NCBI GenBank assembly: GCA_964276515.1
Contig: OZ193909.1
Location: forward strand, 4,960,001 to 5,024,000
DNA from: Gordius albopunctatus
Taxonomy: Eukaryota
DNA length: 64,000 nucleotides
Direction of reading: 5' to 3'
Shown: positions 36,801-48,800 of the stretch, in pieces
Numbering within the stretch: the first letter of the stretch is position 1
Layout of the letters: every line of letters starts with the position of its first letter
Program-made: the position numbers and the translations under genes
The notes under the pieces: model-generated
The model's database searches: none
Seen by the model: only the letters and a program-made list of their open reading frames with translations
What the model was told of the DNA's origin: nothing

Positions 36801-39800
36801 TAATCAAAAACTATTTTTTCTTCATTTAAAATTGTAAATATTTAAAAAGTTTCACGCATCTTGAAAAAGGAAAATAGTTAAAGTAAAATATAAATTTATT
36901 CTTAAATTTATCGCATAAAACAAGAGATTTTTATCAGGTTAACCTGAGGTCAACCTGGGTTTCAGGTTGGGGATAAAATTGACCTGAAGGTTTTTCAGGT
37001 TGATTTTCGGGATCAACCTCAGGTTAAGGTTCAGGTCTTCAAAAACCTGGTAAGGTTTTCGAACACCCGAACCTAAAACCGACCTGAGGTTGGACCTCGG
37101 GAAAACCTGACCTAGGTTTTGATCATCACTAGCATGGACCCTTTGGAGCCTTAACATTAAAAGTCCTTTATTCCACCTCACTTCATCATTTCCAAATAGA
37201 CCATTGTCAAAACTTCATATTTTATCCATTGTAGTAACTTTATTTATCTATTTATTAAATCTGAGATGTGGGCTCAAACGTTGGGTCACTACACGTTCCT
37301 TACAGAAATTCTAAGCTGACCCATATACTCAAAGATAGCCTGGGCGGTAACGCCAAAACCGTGATGATAGCCAACGTCGGGCCCGCCGATTATAATTACG
37401 AGGAAACCCTCAGGTATATTCTCCTTTCTCCAAGTTGCATTCTTAATTATAATTTGGTTAAAGTTTTTTAAGATTAAATAATATATTTAAGCTAATTTTT
37501 ATAATTGTATTTAAGGATAATGTAATCTAATTTTTTGATTGCTACTGTGTTTGTTATATTGCATGTGGGTTAATTAAAATGCTCATTGGCAATGATTCTG
37601 AATGGCACAACTGAATAGTTTTTATGTTGGAGGATTTTATAACTTTATCAAAATGAGAATTTTGTAGCGAATCTATTTGTAGGAACACGTTTAAGCTACA
37701 GTTCAAGTAATGTTAATTCCTAGCTATTTTAAAGCTTTTGGGTCGTGTAATATTTTTCCCTTATAACCGCAAATTTTTCAACGTAGAGTCACCACTTACA
37801 TATTTTAAAACTTAAAGAAGGTGTTTTCCATTAACGACATATTACTGAATGATATCCCTTACTATGTAATTTGACAAATACCACTTAGCTTTTAGCCTTT
37901 CGCACGAGAAAATCTCTTTTTTGGGGGGTTAAAACTAAATGAATTTTTTTCTGTATCGTGTAAAGTACCTTGAGATACGCCAACCGAGCCAAGAATATCA
38001 AAAATTCCGCCAGAATCAACGAGGATCCCAAAGACGCTATGTTGCGAAAATTTCAAAAAGAAATCGAAGAGTTGCAAAAGCGCCTGCAAGAAAACGAGGA
38101 AGAATCAGGGGAAGAGGTTTATTTTTTTTAGCTTATGCTGTTGATGTGCATTGAGGATTTTCAAATCGAGTGTTTTATTTTTAGTATTGTGGTGCTTTTT
38201 AAGTGATAGTTCACTGTTTGGATATCACGTTAAAATATGTTGGGATTCCAATTAGTAAATTAGCTTTATCGAATCAAACGACTTTTTGGTAGCCGGAATT
38301 AAAATACTTTAATTACTGAACTTCTAATTTATAACTCGAATAAAGTGTACATTTTAAAGATGTTCCTACCCTCAAGTAAGGGGATGGCATAGCATTTTAA
38401 ACTTTTTTAATGTGAGGCTGTTTAAGTTTGTCTCACTAAGTTTACCGTGAAAATGCACAAAAAATTATTACCAGATTATTTGAATATTTATATAGCTAAT
38501 CTTTTGAACATATTTTAGACAAAAACACAACATATTTCAATAATTTTAAATTTATTAAATCAATGGTTGCTTACTTTTGGAGACTATATGCCTCCTACTG
38601 ATTTTCATCATTTTAGCGGTATGAAGCGATGTTGTAACTAAAACACCTAGTTCACCCAAAACTATATATTTCTAAAATAATAAAAGACATGTAAAAATAT
38701 ATGGTGATCCCTCCCCTATCTTGTTCACGCTGAACTCGAAGCTATAAATTTGGCATGACTATGGTATGGGCAAACTTATTAATACTAATCACAAAAAAGC
38801 GGTAATTAATCTAAGGCTCGCTTCTCATTTAAATTTTGCTCCAGTATTTTTTAATTTTATCAGTAGGGTCACTGAGTTTTACTTTTAAAAACTGTTTAGC
38901 CAAAGTTTTTAAACTGAATGATTTTCTATGCTATTTTACCAAATAAAATTGCTTTTTATTTTAAATGTTTTTTTAACCTTTTTGTACAGGAGGAAATTGG
39001 TGAAGAGGGCGACAACAAGACGGGAAGTTCACAAGCCTCTACTCCTGGAAGTCACGGGCGCAAGCGTATGTTATATGTTTACATTTTCTTTTCAAAGTTG
39101 TTTTACTTTCATTTTTTCAGGGCGTCGAAATGAATTTATAGCCTAGATGGGTTTAAGTTTAAAATGATTTTTTATTTATAATCTTATTAGGATAACATAA
39201 TTTAGTTATTATAAATAAAATATATTTGCTACATTGCTATTTTGTTTGGGATGTTTTCTAGCGGCGAATTCGCTAGCATCGCGCCCACACCACTTGTGTC
39301 TGTAAACGTTTTTCCCCATTTTATAACTTAGGAACCACCTAGCTTTAATGTGCGTTTGTTAATGTTTCGAATAATTATTTTACTCAAAATCCCTAATTTA
39401 AAGCTACAGTACCATATGAACTTACTTGTTTTCGTTGCTCTTTGGATATTTTTGGGGTAAGATAAATTACACTCTGCTTAAACCAGGTGCGCACATTTTT
39501 TTTATTAAAAATAAAAAAATTTAGGTTAGTCCTACAACTAAAATATACGTTTACTTAGATGCTACAGCCCTTTCGGATGCTAAAATAAAATCGATTCAAT
39601 CAGAAATTGCGAGAGACAAAAAGATGTTGGCCGATAGAAAGGATATGCTGGACGAAGAAAAGAAAATTGTGATTCAAAAATTAGAGCAACGGGAACTTGA
39701 GTTGGAACAAGCTAGGTTTTCACTTTTTTTGTATTATTTTAAACGTTTTTTATGGTACAAATTTACCTTAGAGTCGGGTATTAAATTTCTTTTCTTATTT

Positions 39801-42800
39801 TTTTAAGTTTAAAGTTTTTAATTTAAAGCGCTAAGCATAATAAACTCAGCTAAACATTAAAATAAGTTTTAGGTATTTATTTTGGTAATAACCGTTCTGC
39901 CTGGCCTTAACATTCTTTTTAAAGCGCCCGAGGCTTGTAGATCAATAGTATTTAGAGTTGTGTATTTATAAAATCGAGTTATTTTCTTCCTATTCTAACT
40001 TTATCGAAAAAGGACGCATGATTTTTAACATACAATAAATGCTGATGGAACTTGATAGTTTATTGGTGATCAAGAGAACTTTGTCACTTTGCATTTCATC
40101 GGGCCGAGTTCGATTGTTTTAGTTAACGGAATTTAGATTTTAGCTTAAACCCGGCTCGACATTTTTAAAATTTTTTCACTTTTAAATCAGATTTTAAACT
40201 AAAAATCATATAAAAAATTTTGTAGTCACATGGAGTTTGGGGTTCTAAGCTTATGCCCAATTGTGTTTAAACAAATTATAGTGGTTTGTTAGCTATGGTT
40301 TGGCTTGACCATCATGCCAGATCTAAACCTGACTTTTTATTGAAATTTGTCCGAGTCCGGCCTCTGAACCAGATTTAGAAGAATTGATATATCGCCAGAC
40401 AAAATTCTTATACCCAACAAGCTTTACTACATTTATAAGGTTTGCCGTCATAAACGGTGATATCCCAAGGTAAATATTTACAGTAGTTAACGAAGTCGAC
40501 TGCCTTTGTTAAACTAAATATAATGTGGCCGGATTTATATTCAAATGTTCAATGGTAGAAATCTCGCCTGTCACAATTGCTAACTTTTTTTCATTTATTA
40601 CTTTCATCTTCGCAAAATATGTATATTTATAGAATAATAAACGATTAGTATCAGGTATTTAAACGAAACCTATCCAAAAAATTATTTATAAAACACTCCC
40701 CAAACCCGTTAATTCCAATCATACAAACATTTTTATCGCGTAGGAACGAGCGTGACGCGCTTAGCAAAAAATTGGCCAGAATCGAGGAAAAAATATTGAT
40801 GGGCGGAGTTAATTTATTGGAAAAAGCCGAAACGCAACAAAAGTTGTTGGGGGAAAGTAAGAGGGAGCTGGCCGATAGGAGGAGGCGGAGGGAAGCATTG
40901 CGTGCGGCCGTACAGGAAAAAGAAGCGGAAAAAATGAATATCGAAGAAAGGTATTCCGACCTGAGGGAAGAAGCTCTGGGCAAAACCGATAAACTCAAAC
41001 GGGTTTGGGAGCAATTGTTAGCCACCAAATCCGAGGTTTCGAGAAAATTTTGCATTTATTCATAGCACTCGATACATAGTTGTTTTCCTCGCTAAAGATG
41101 CCTTAAAAAGCTAGGCATGGGCGCAAGGCGAAAGGGGATGGGGATGGTGCCCCCCTCTAAATCCAAACTTTTTGAAATACTAAAATTATGACTAGTGAAA
41201 AAAGATCATTTTGCACCTTTCTAAATTATTTTTGCCCCTCCCTCTATTTCCAATGCTGACTACGACCATGAAGCTAGGGGTTGAAAATACAAATCGTTTA
41301 TCTTGTATTTTATTTGGGCCCACAGTCGTGGAGTTTGTTTTTATCAGTTTTTTCCATCTTTATCGAATAAGGGCCAGGTCGAGATTTATCTTCTTTGCCT
41401 TTTTCACGTGACACGATGTCGTCCTCTTCCTCGGCACCTCCATGTTTAATTTAATACTCTTCGATATAGATCACTGAAATTTTGGGGCATATATGATGAT
41501 AAAGCGGTTATCGAAGTAAAAATGAAGTTTGATGTCGTCTATATGTTCTACTTCTATTGTTCTATTTCCGTATACAGTGCAACGCGTACGAATACTCGAA
41601 AACTACTGGACCGATTTGGCTCGAACAAATCTTAAAACATGCTCCGGAGTGTAGGCAGGAATAAACTGTGAAATTTTGAGCCAAATCGGTCTGGTAGTTT
41701 TCCAAAATTGGTGGCGGCATACACACACACATAGTTTCATTTTAATATATAAGATTCGTCTCCCTTCATAGTATATGACCATACCACCTTAGCCGACTTA
41801 TGTTTATTATGTTCGCCCTATGTTGAAAATCCATTTTCGCCCTTAGCATAGCCCCATCTTGTCCTTGTAGAATGAATTTAAATTTGAAATTTCGAGATGT
41901 AATTTAAAGTTGCAAAGGCAAAACTTTATTATCAAAATTGGTTGTTTTTTAAGGCAGGCGTGTTTAACGTATTAAAAATCTTGTATAAGCTATCTAACTC
42001 TCCTCTACCTAAACGACACCTTTTAAGTTTTTATATCGCTCTATGCCAGCGCATTTATCAACGCTTAATCTCAAAATTCGATCATTTTTGTTTAAGTCTC
42101 CTCAACATTAAGGACATCTGTGACTTTTTTTTGTATATAACCAATACTTTTTATTTTATTTAGTGGAATTTAAACTGGATAATTCAATTTCCATAAATAT
42201 CCAACGTTTTAAGGGCCTTTAAATCTTATTACCATGCCCGATCGAATTTACATTTCCCGACCTAACACTTGCAAATTTTTTATTGTTTTGCGATGGACAA
42301 AGAGGCGCTTTAAATCATGCCTTGTGGCCAAGCACTCATACTAAAGGTTTTATATCCTATCTGGGCAAAAGTTTCGATAGCAATTTTATTGACTTTTTTT
42401 GAGAGGGAGGGCAGGTCTATGCTATATATTATTTCGTTGATATATACCAATTTCCTCAAAATGCATGGATATTTCGATATGAGGTGTGAAATCAAAACGT
42501 AATTTTTCTTTTTGAATTAAATTAAAAGTACACTCAATTAGCGCCATCTATAGTCAATATTAATCAGAGACTAATTTGACTATATATATGTATCCCTATC
42601 TTATTTATCATGTGGCTCCAAAAAAGGGGTTATTATTATCTTCTTGAAAATATAATTAAACTCGCAATTTATTAATGATCAATCGTAAAGTTCGTTGTTG
42701 CGATTGTAGATGTCACAAGTGAAACGGGAACACCAAACGGAGAGGGAGTCGGTGGTGGACGAAATCCGTGTCCTTAATCGTCGTTCTCAACTTTATTCCC

Positions 42801-43789
42801 TCGCCATAGATTCATTTGTGCCGGAGGAATACATTAAATTAATTCGATCCAACGCAACTTGGAATGAGGAGGCGGGTGAATGGCAATTACGTTGCATCGC
42901 TTATACGGGTAATAACATGAGAATAGCTACGGGAAGCCCTACCGACGACCTGCACCCTGGCGAAGAGGATGAAAACTGCCAACAACATTTTGATGGCCCA
43001 GGTTGGTTCTTGCATTGCAAACAAGTTTATTTTTAAAATTTTTATTTGGGGGGGGGGGAGGGAGGGTTTAATGCCTAGTTATTTTTATGTTATACTATGG
43101 TGAAATAATATATAACATAATGATAATGTAGGAAGTCTAAGAGATGATAGTTGCGGTTGAATGTCCAGTTATTTTTATGTTACACTGTGGTGAAAGAATA
43201 TATATAACATTATGATGATGTAAGTTTAATAGATGGTAATTATAGTTGAATGAATGTCTACTTGTTTTTAATTTATACTGTGGTGAAAAATTGTAAATAA
43301 CAATATTTTTTAATCATCTTTTAAGATCAACGAATTTCGTTATGTTATATGTATGTTCCACCAATGGAAAGGGGGATGTTAAAATATCTTTTGAATAACA
43401 TTCGATGACGCTAATAATTTGTAAAGGTAGTAATGACATAGCATATGTGTAAATTATTGATATATTCTGGCATTAGGCTGGCCTTAGTTAGTATATTATA
43501 GCTAACTATGAATTTTTACGTTTTTATTATTAGATATGTTTTGCAACGAAAACTATTTCAAGACCGATTTAACGAGTATTAAACCTAAAAGCAATATAAT
43601 TGAGGGTGGAGTTAGCGACAACACCTTACACTTATTCACGGATCTCAATTTAGCGCCCGGCGCAGAAGGGAGGGTAATTTACAAAAGTGTTTTACATAAT
43701 TTATTTTTTATAACTGACAACTTTTTTTCATTTAGTTGAAGAAACCATATGACCTTACTGCCTTGTTTGCTACTGCCAGAAATTCGTAG
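33803..43789 (+). CDS. KIF3A: Kinesin-2 motor subunit KIF3A, multi-exon
   Basis: Motor motifs [92 protein letters not shown]3A-type stalk and tail [23 protein letters not shown] and [21 protein letters not shown]. Last exon 43736-43789. An upstream in-frame ATG at 33776 is an alternative start. Confidence 0.95.
36254..37131. mobile_element. Fold-back (almost fully palindromic) hAT-like element in a KIF3A intron
   Basis: TAGTGATGATCAAAACCTAGG termini, perfect 8-bp TSD gcatggac, ~430-bp inverted arms around a short loop near 36690, AACCTGA subterminal repeats. Confidence 0.92.
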
Positions 43790-45925
43790 GGCAATAGATT
43801 TTTTTAAATTATAAACCAAACATTAAAATGTGATTCTCATACTATTATAAGAAAACTTACAAAATTATATGTTGTAACTCTTTTCCTTTGTTTCATGTCA
43901 AATATTGTAATATTTCTGCTCATTGCTGTTTTTTATTTCATGTATTGTAACATTCCATAACCTATATTTTTAAAACTAAAGTGCAATATCTATGTTTTTG
44001 CCCGATTTTTAAACCCGTATACACGAAGTATTTATTATTAAGTGAATTGTATATACTTATATATTGTTATTCATTGTTAACCATACTAATTTATTATTTT
44101 ATATGATTTCCATAAATCGTTATCTGTAGCTAGCTAATAAAAAAATTTTCAATAATTATTATGAATTTACTTGGCGAAATTTGACCTTTTATTTTATATT
44201 TTTTAAGGCAAATAACACAGGTCTACAAATTTTGACTTTGATTCCACCCCGGAATCATACTTATAATTCTGCTAGAGGGTTTTGCGCTTAATAATAATGT
44301 GCTTTTAGTTTTTCCAAAACCTCCAGTTTTTTTGGATAAACTAGGTTAAAGGTGCAAAAAAATTCCCGTTTCAACCTTTTTTGAGATTATATTCCCACGG
44401 AATTTTTAGTTTATGTTGCAAAATATTAATAAATTACTGTTGATTGAAGTTTCTTCTTTCGTGGGGGTTGGGGCTGATTTTGAACCACTCAAATTGTAAA
44501 CACATGTTTTTAAAATACTTGATTGACTATGATAAATGATAAACATTAAATTGATTTAAAATTATATAAAGATTCCGAACTCACAATTCTTTTTAGAATT
44601 TTAATGCTTCACCTTATTCACACCTTCCTACGACAGTCCAAAGCCACATCCCTGTCTTATAACTATCCTTTTTCACTGCATCGTTTACTATCGCCCTATC
44701 CAGTTTTTATTGATTGTTTCTATTGAACCGCCTGTAATCTTATTGATAAGGTATTTTTTATTCCTTTCACAATATGTCTTAAGATTCCTACAAGGACATG
44801 CATCTAAATTTCGACTTAATTTGATCACCGAGTAAAGCCATTGATCATGTATTGATTAATTATAAGCATTAAGATAGTGTTGGAGAAGGGTAATTATAAT
44901 ACATTTGAATAAGTTGGAATATAAGCAATGATAAATATTCAAAATAAATTGTGGTTAATTTGATCTATTCGAGAGGTTAATAGTGGAATTTTTAAGTATT
45001 CAAATACACTATAATTTGTTTAGGATCATATGATTAGGTTATATTTAAAGGTTGGAATAAGAGATCTGCATGCGCAGGTGCGGCCAACGGATGGTCTTTG
45101 AATATAAAAATGTTAACGGGCCGGGTTAAAAAAGTTTAATAACGACCGGGTCAAAGAAGTTTCCTAACAGGCCTAAAATTCTCTAAATGGTCTCTGGAAT
45201 ATCAAATTAAATCGACCACATAGAAATTTTTATGAATATTGATTTTTCCTATATATACACCCTTAGTATTTAGAACAAAAAAACAATAATGATAAAATAT
45301 TCCCCTTCCGCCCCAATATCTAGCCAAGCACACACTAAGGGAGCGGGATTGGAGGATAAAGAGAGGAGAGTAGATTAAGTGAGAGAGAGATGTGTTAGCA
45401 AACATCGCGTACGTAGTATGTACTCTAATGTATTCCGTTTTCCAACTATAGAGAGACGAATTTTGATAAGGGGAAGGGGCTGACGTAAATGCGTATAATC
45501 TCTTTTGATGGTGATTGTACTAACTATATTTATTCCTTTCAATGGCGCAGGTATTATATGACGCGCTAGATAAAATTACTTCTGCGCAACTATGGAAATG
45601 TGGATATCTAATTACAAAAATTTTAAACCCTGAACATTCTTTCTAATTATAATCTCAAAAATTATTTTAACAGCCTCGGTTTTGTATAAAATAAATCAAG
45701 GCATAATATTAAAAAGTCCATGAAAATAATTAAAAACGGCCTGAGCGGGCTTGGAATTTTTTTTAATGGGTACGGAGAGTTTGAAATGCAAAAAAAAAAT
45801 TTTACCGAAGGGGTTTTTCTAGAAAATTTGCTATGTTCCAAATAGCAATAAATATTATATGTTTTTAAACCATAAAACATGTTCTAAAGTATGACATGTA
45901 ATAAATTGGAATATATTGAAAACAT

Positions 45926-47329
45926 ATGATTTTTAAATTATTGTTCTTTTTAAATGCTTTTGGTCCAAATTTAGGAGAGAAATCCGTTGAGGATGAACGA
46001 GGTGTAAAGCTACCAAATAATTGTGAAGGTATGTATGTTTATCAATACCTTATGTATTTTTTAGTTTGCAAATATCTAGCTGTTGAACTGCAGCAACGAA
46101 TTGATGAAACAGGCAAGATAAATGATAAATTAAAAATTGGCTATAATTTAATGGAACCTGAAAACTATCGAACAAAAGATTATAAGCGATCGTAATTTAA
46201 AAATTTTATTATTAGCTTTCTTTAAAAATGATCTGTAATATTAATTCTTTAATTAACACACTAGAGAGCTTAGATTGATCGAAATTATGGAAGGAATTTG
46301 TGACAATATTCTCCAATATAATGTACATAAAGAGAGGCAAGGTAGCCTAAGATATGCTAAGGGACAGAGTGAAACTATGTCAACATTACATGGACTTAGG
46401 TACTCTATTAGCTATAGCAAATAAAATGATTGATATAATTTAAATTATTGCAAATTTTTATTCTTTTTTTACCCTATTAATGAGGTGCAAATTCATTTAA
46501 TCTTTACTTTTTAATTTAGAAAAAGAGGAGTGAAAGTAGAATTGGGTATACCTGAAGAACTATGGGATTCACCATCAGCTGAAATAACAGATATGAAAAG
46601 AAAAGTAAGTTATATAAAATTAATTTTTGGCAATAACATAAGAATTATTTATATATCAATTAAGCAAATTGATTTTTTTAAAATCCTTTTTATTCTTTAA
46701 TAAATATTACATTATTATTAATAAAATATGCACAGAATATGATACTATAATTCATTTTTTGATATTTATCATAATGTAGAGTTAGTACAATGCCTGCTTA
46801 AAATATATGTTTTTAATCTCATTTGCCTTAAAATATCTAGTATCAAGTACACATCCTATGATAACCTTAATCCTAAGCATATTAATTTTGAGCTACATAA
46901 TTGATTAATTAGTGACACTTTTTGAATATTGCAATATAATCCATTAATTTTTTATATTGTGTTTAATTTGCCACCAACAAAGTGTGAAAACATGATGGAA
47001 ACTTACATGGATCATATAGAAACATGGTATTTCAACTACTCCCAAAAGCCCATGCTTGATTATTTGTGCAAAGAGACCATGTTAGCCAATAATGAGCAAG
47101 GTTTAATACTTTTAAATCATTTAATAACAAATTATTTATCTTTTTTCCTAAACAAACAGAATGTCTGCAGGAGACCTGGACTGGGCTAGAGAAAGTGGAT
47201 TTTTCTAAGGATGAATCTGATGAAGAGACTAGAGGGAGGAAAAAGGCAAAAAAAAAGGCAAAAAGTAAAAAACCCAATAATAAAAAACAATCAAAGATTA
47301 ATGAAAAATCTTCAAAACAAGAGCTATAA
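45926..47329 (+). CDS. CNPY3: Canopy homolog (CNPY3/CNPY4-like ER saposin-fold co-chaperone)
   Basis: Spliced reading [18 protein letters not shown]...[70 protein letters not shown]...CENMME...LDYLC...ECL, then a Lys-rich tail ending KQEL*. CNPY3 versus CNPY4 and the exact start are uncertain. Confidence 0.9.
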
Positions 47330-47625
47330 TTATCTTACAGATGCTCCATCTCACAAACTGCCCACAACAATAACATTTGCAATAATCTTTCACATATAAA
47401 TACTTGAAATTTTATATTAATTTTTACCAAATGTTTTTGAATGTGCATTTAGACATCATTGAACAGTAAGTAGTAAAAGAATACTCATGACTTATTTAGG
47501 CAATTATATATATATTGAATATAAATTTTTAAGCTTAACATATTTTTTATGATAAAAATGTTAACATCACTTATTAAATATAAATGTTGGTCCATTTACT
47601 ATGTGATATATTTAATTTAATAGCT

Positions 47626-48800
47626 TCAAAAAAGCAGATCACTATCTTCATCTTCAAGTATGTTACGAGGTTCATTTAAAACTGGTTTCCTTCCCGTACG
47701 TTTGCATTCTTCATCCTCTTTTTCTTCTAACAATTTTTCTCTGGCCTTCACTTCAATTTCTTTTTTATCTCTTTGCTTCTTTTTAGTAGCTTGTACCTTT
47801 TTTAATCTGCATCAAAAATTTACCAAAATAAGAATTAGAAATTATCAAACCATAAAATATTAGGTCATAAAATACAAAAGTGAAAAGGTGGTTTGTTTAT
47901 AACCTGTAAAACTCTTCCCTCTCCATTTCATCCAACTCGGTGACAATGTATTGTAGTGTTCTTTCTAATTTGGGGATTATAACTGAAAAAAGCAAATGTT
48001 ATCATTGAACTATATTAAAAATGCAATAATGATTAAATATAAACATTTTTACAGTGTTATCAATCTAATAAAAGAATGAGCTACCAAATTCAAGGGCATT
48101 AACACGACGATTTGTCAATTTAATAGCATCATCTAATGCAATGAAGGATGTTTGGAGAGAGGCTATAGATATTAAAAGCTCTATTGATTTGGCATATGTC
48201 TTTTTAAGTTTTGTTAACTGTTGACCTCCTCTAGATAAGCCAGCTAATTCATAATTATCTCCTCCTTCTAACAGTGAATCAAAGATAGGTAATTGCACAC
48301 CTATATAAAAAGCAAATGATTACGTTATACAAGCTGTAATAACTTAAATAATTATATTAGTGATATAGATGCTTATTAATATAACCTGCCACATTCTCCT
48401 TCTTTTGATACACCTTAATCTGTGCTTTTGATACTTTTTGCAAAACTACATTATTAAAATCACCAGTGATAAACCTTGTTTCAGCTAAAGCAAATGCAGC
48501 ATTTTTCATAACATCTCCCATTTCAGTTTTATTCTTAATTGTGATAAATAGCCATAAATATAAACATATATTAGCGAAAAAATATCTAAAATAAAACGCT
48601 TATAACCTCAACAATTTTTTTCAAAATTTGCCTAAATCTCATAGTTAATGCATCAGATTTTTTCTTTAGTAGATTATAACCTTTTTGACCACCTGCCAAT
48701 CGAGTCTTCATAATGGCCATAGCCCTATTAATAGCAATATTGTAAATAAATTAATTATTTACATTCTTGATGGAAATATATCAATCCTATCCTTTGACAT
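47626..48800 (-). CDS. ATP6V1D: V-type proton ATPase subunit D
   Basis: [42 protein letters not shown]...[10 protein letters not shown]...KENVAG|VQLPIF...[11 protein letters not shown]...[23 protein letters not shown]...[30 protein letters not shown]...DEDSDLLF*. Confidence 0.97.

Noticed and set aside
40651..41055. 134-aa minus-strand ORF
   Set aside because: Antisense shadow of a KIF3A coiled-coil exon. The ORFs at 35214, 37892, 47032, 47660, 52713 and 60580 are similar antisense shadows.
47200..47329. Lys-rich C-terminal tail ending KQEL in the canopy gene
   Set aside because: A charged tail with a KDEL-like signal is normal for CNPY3/4.
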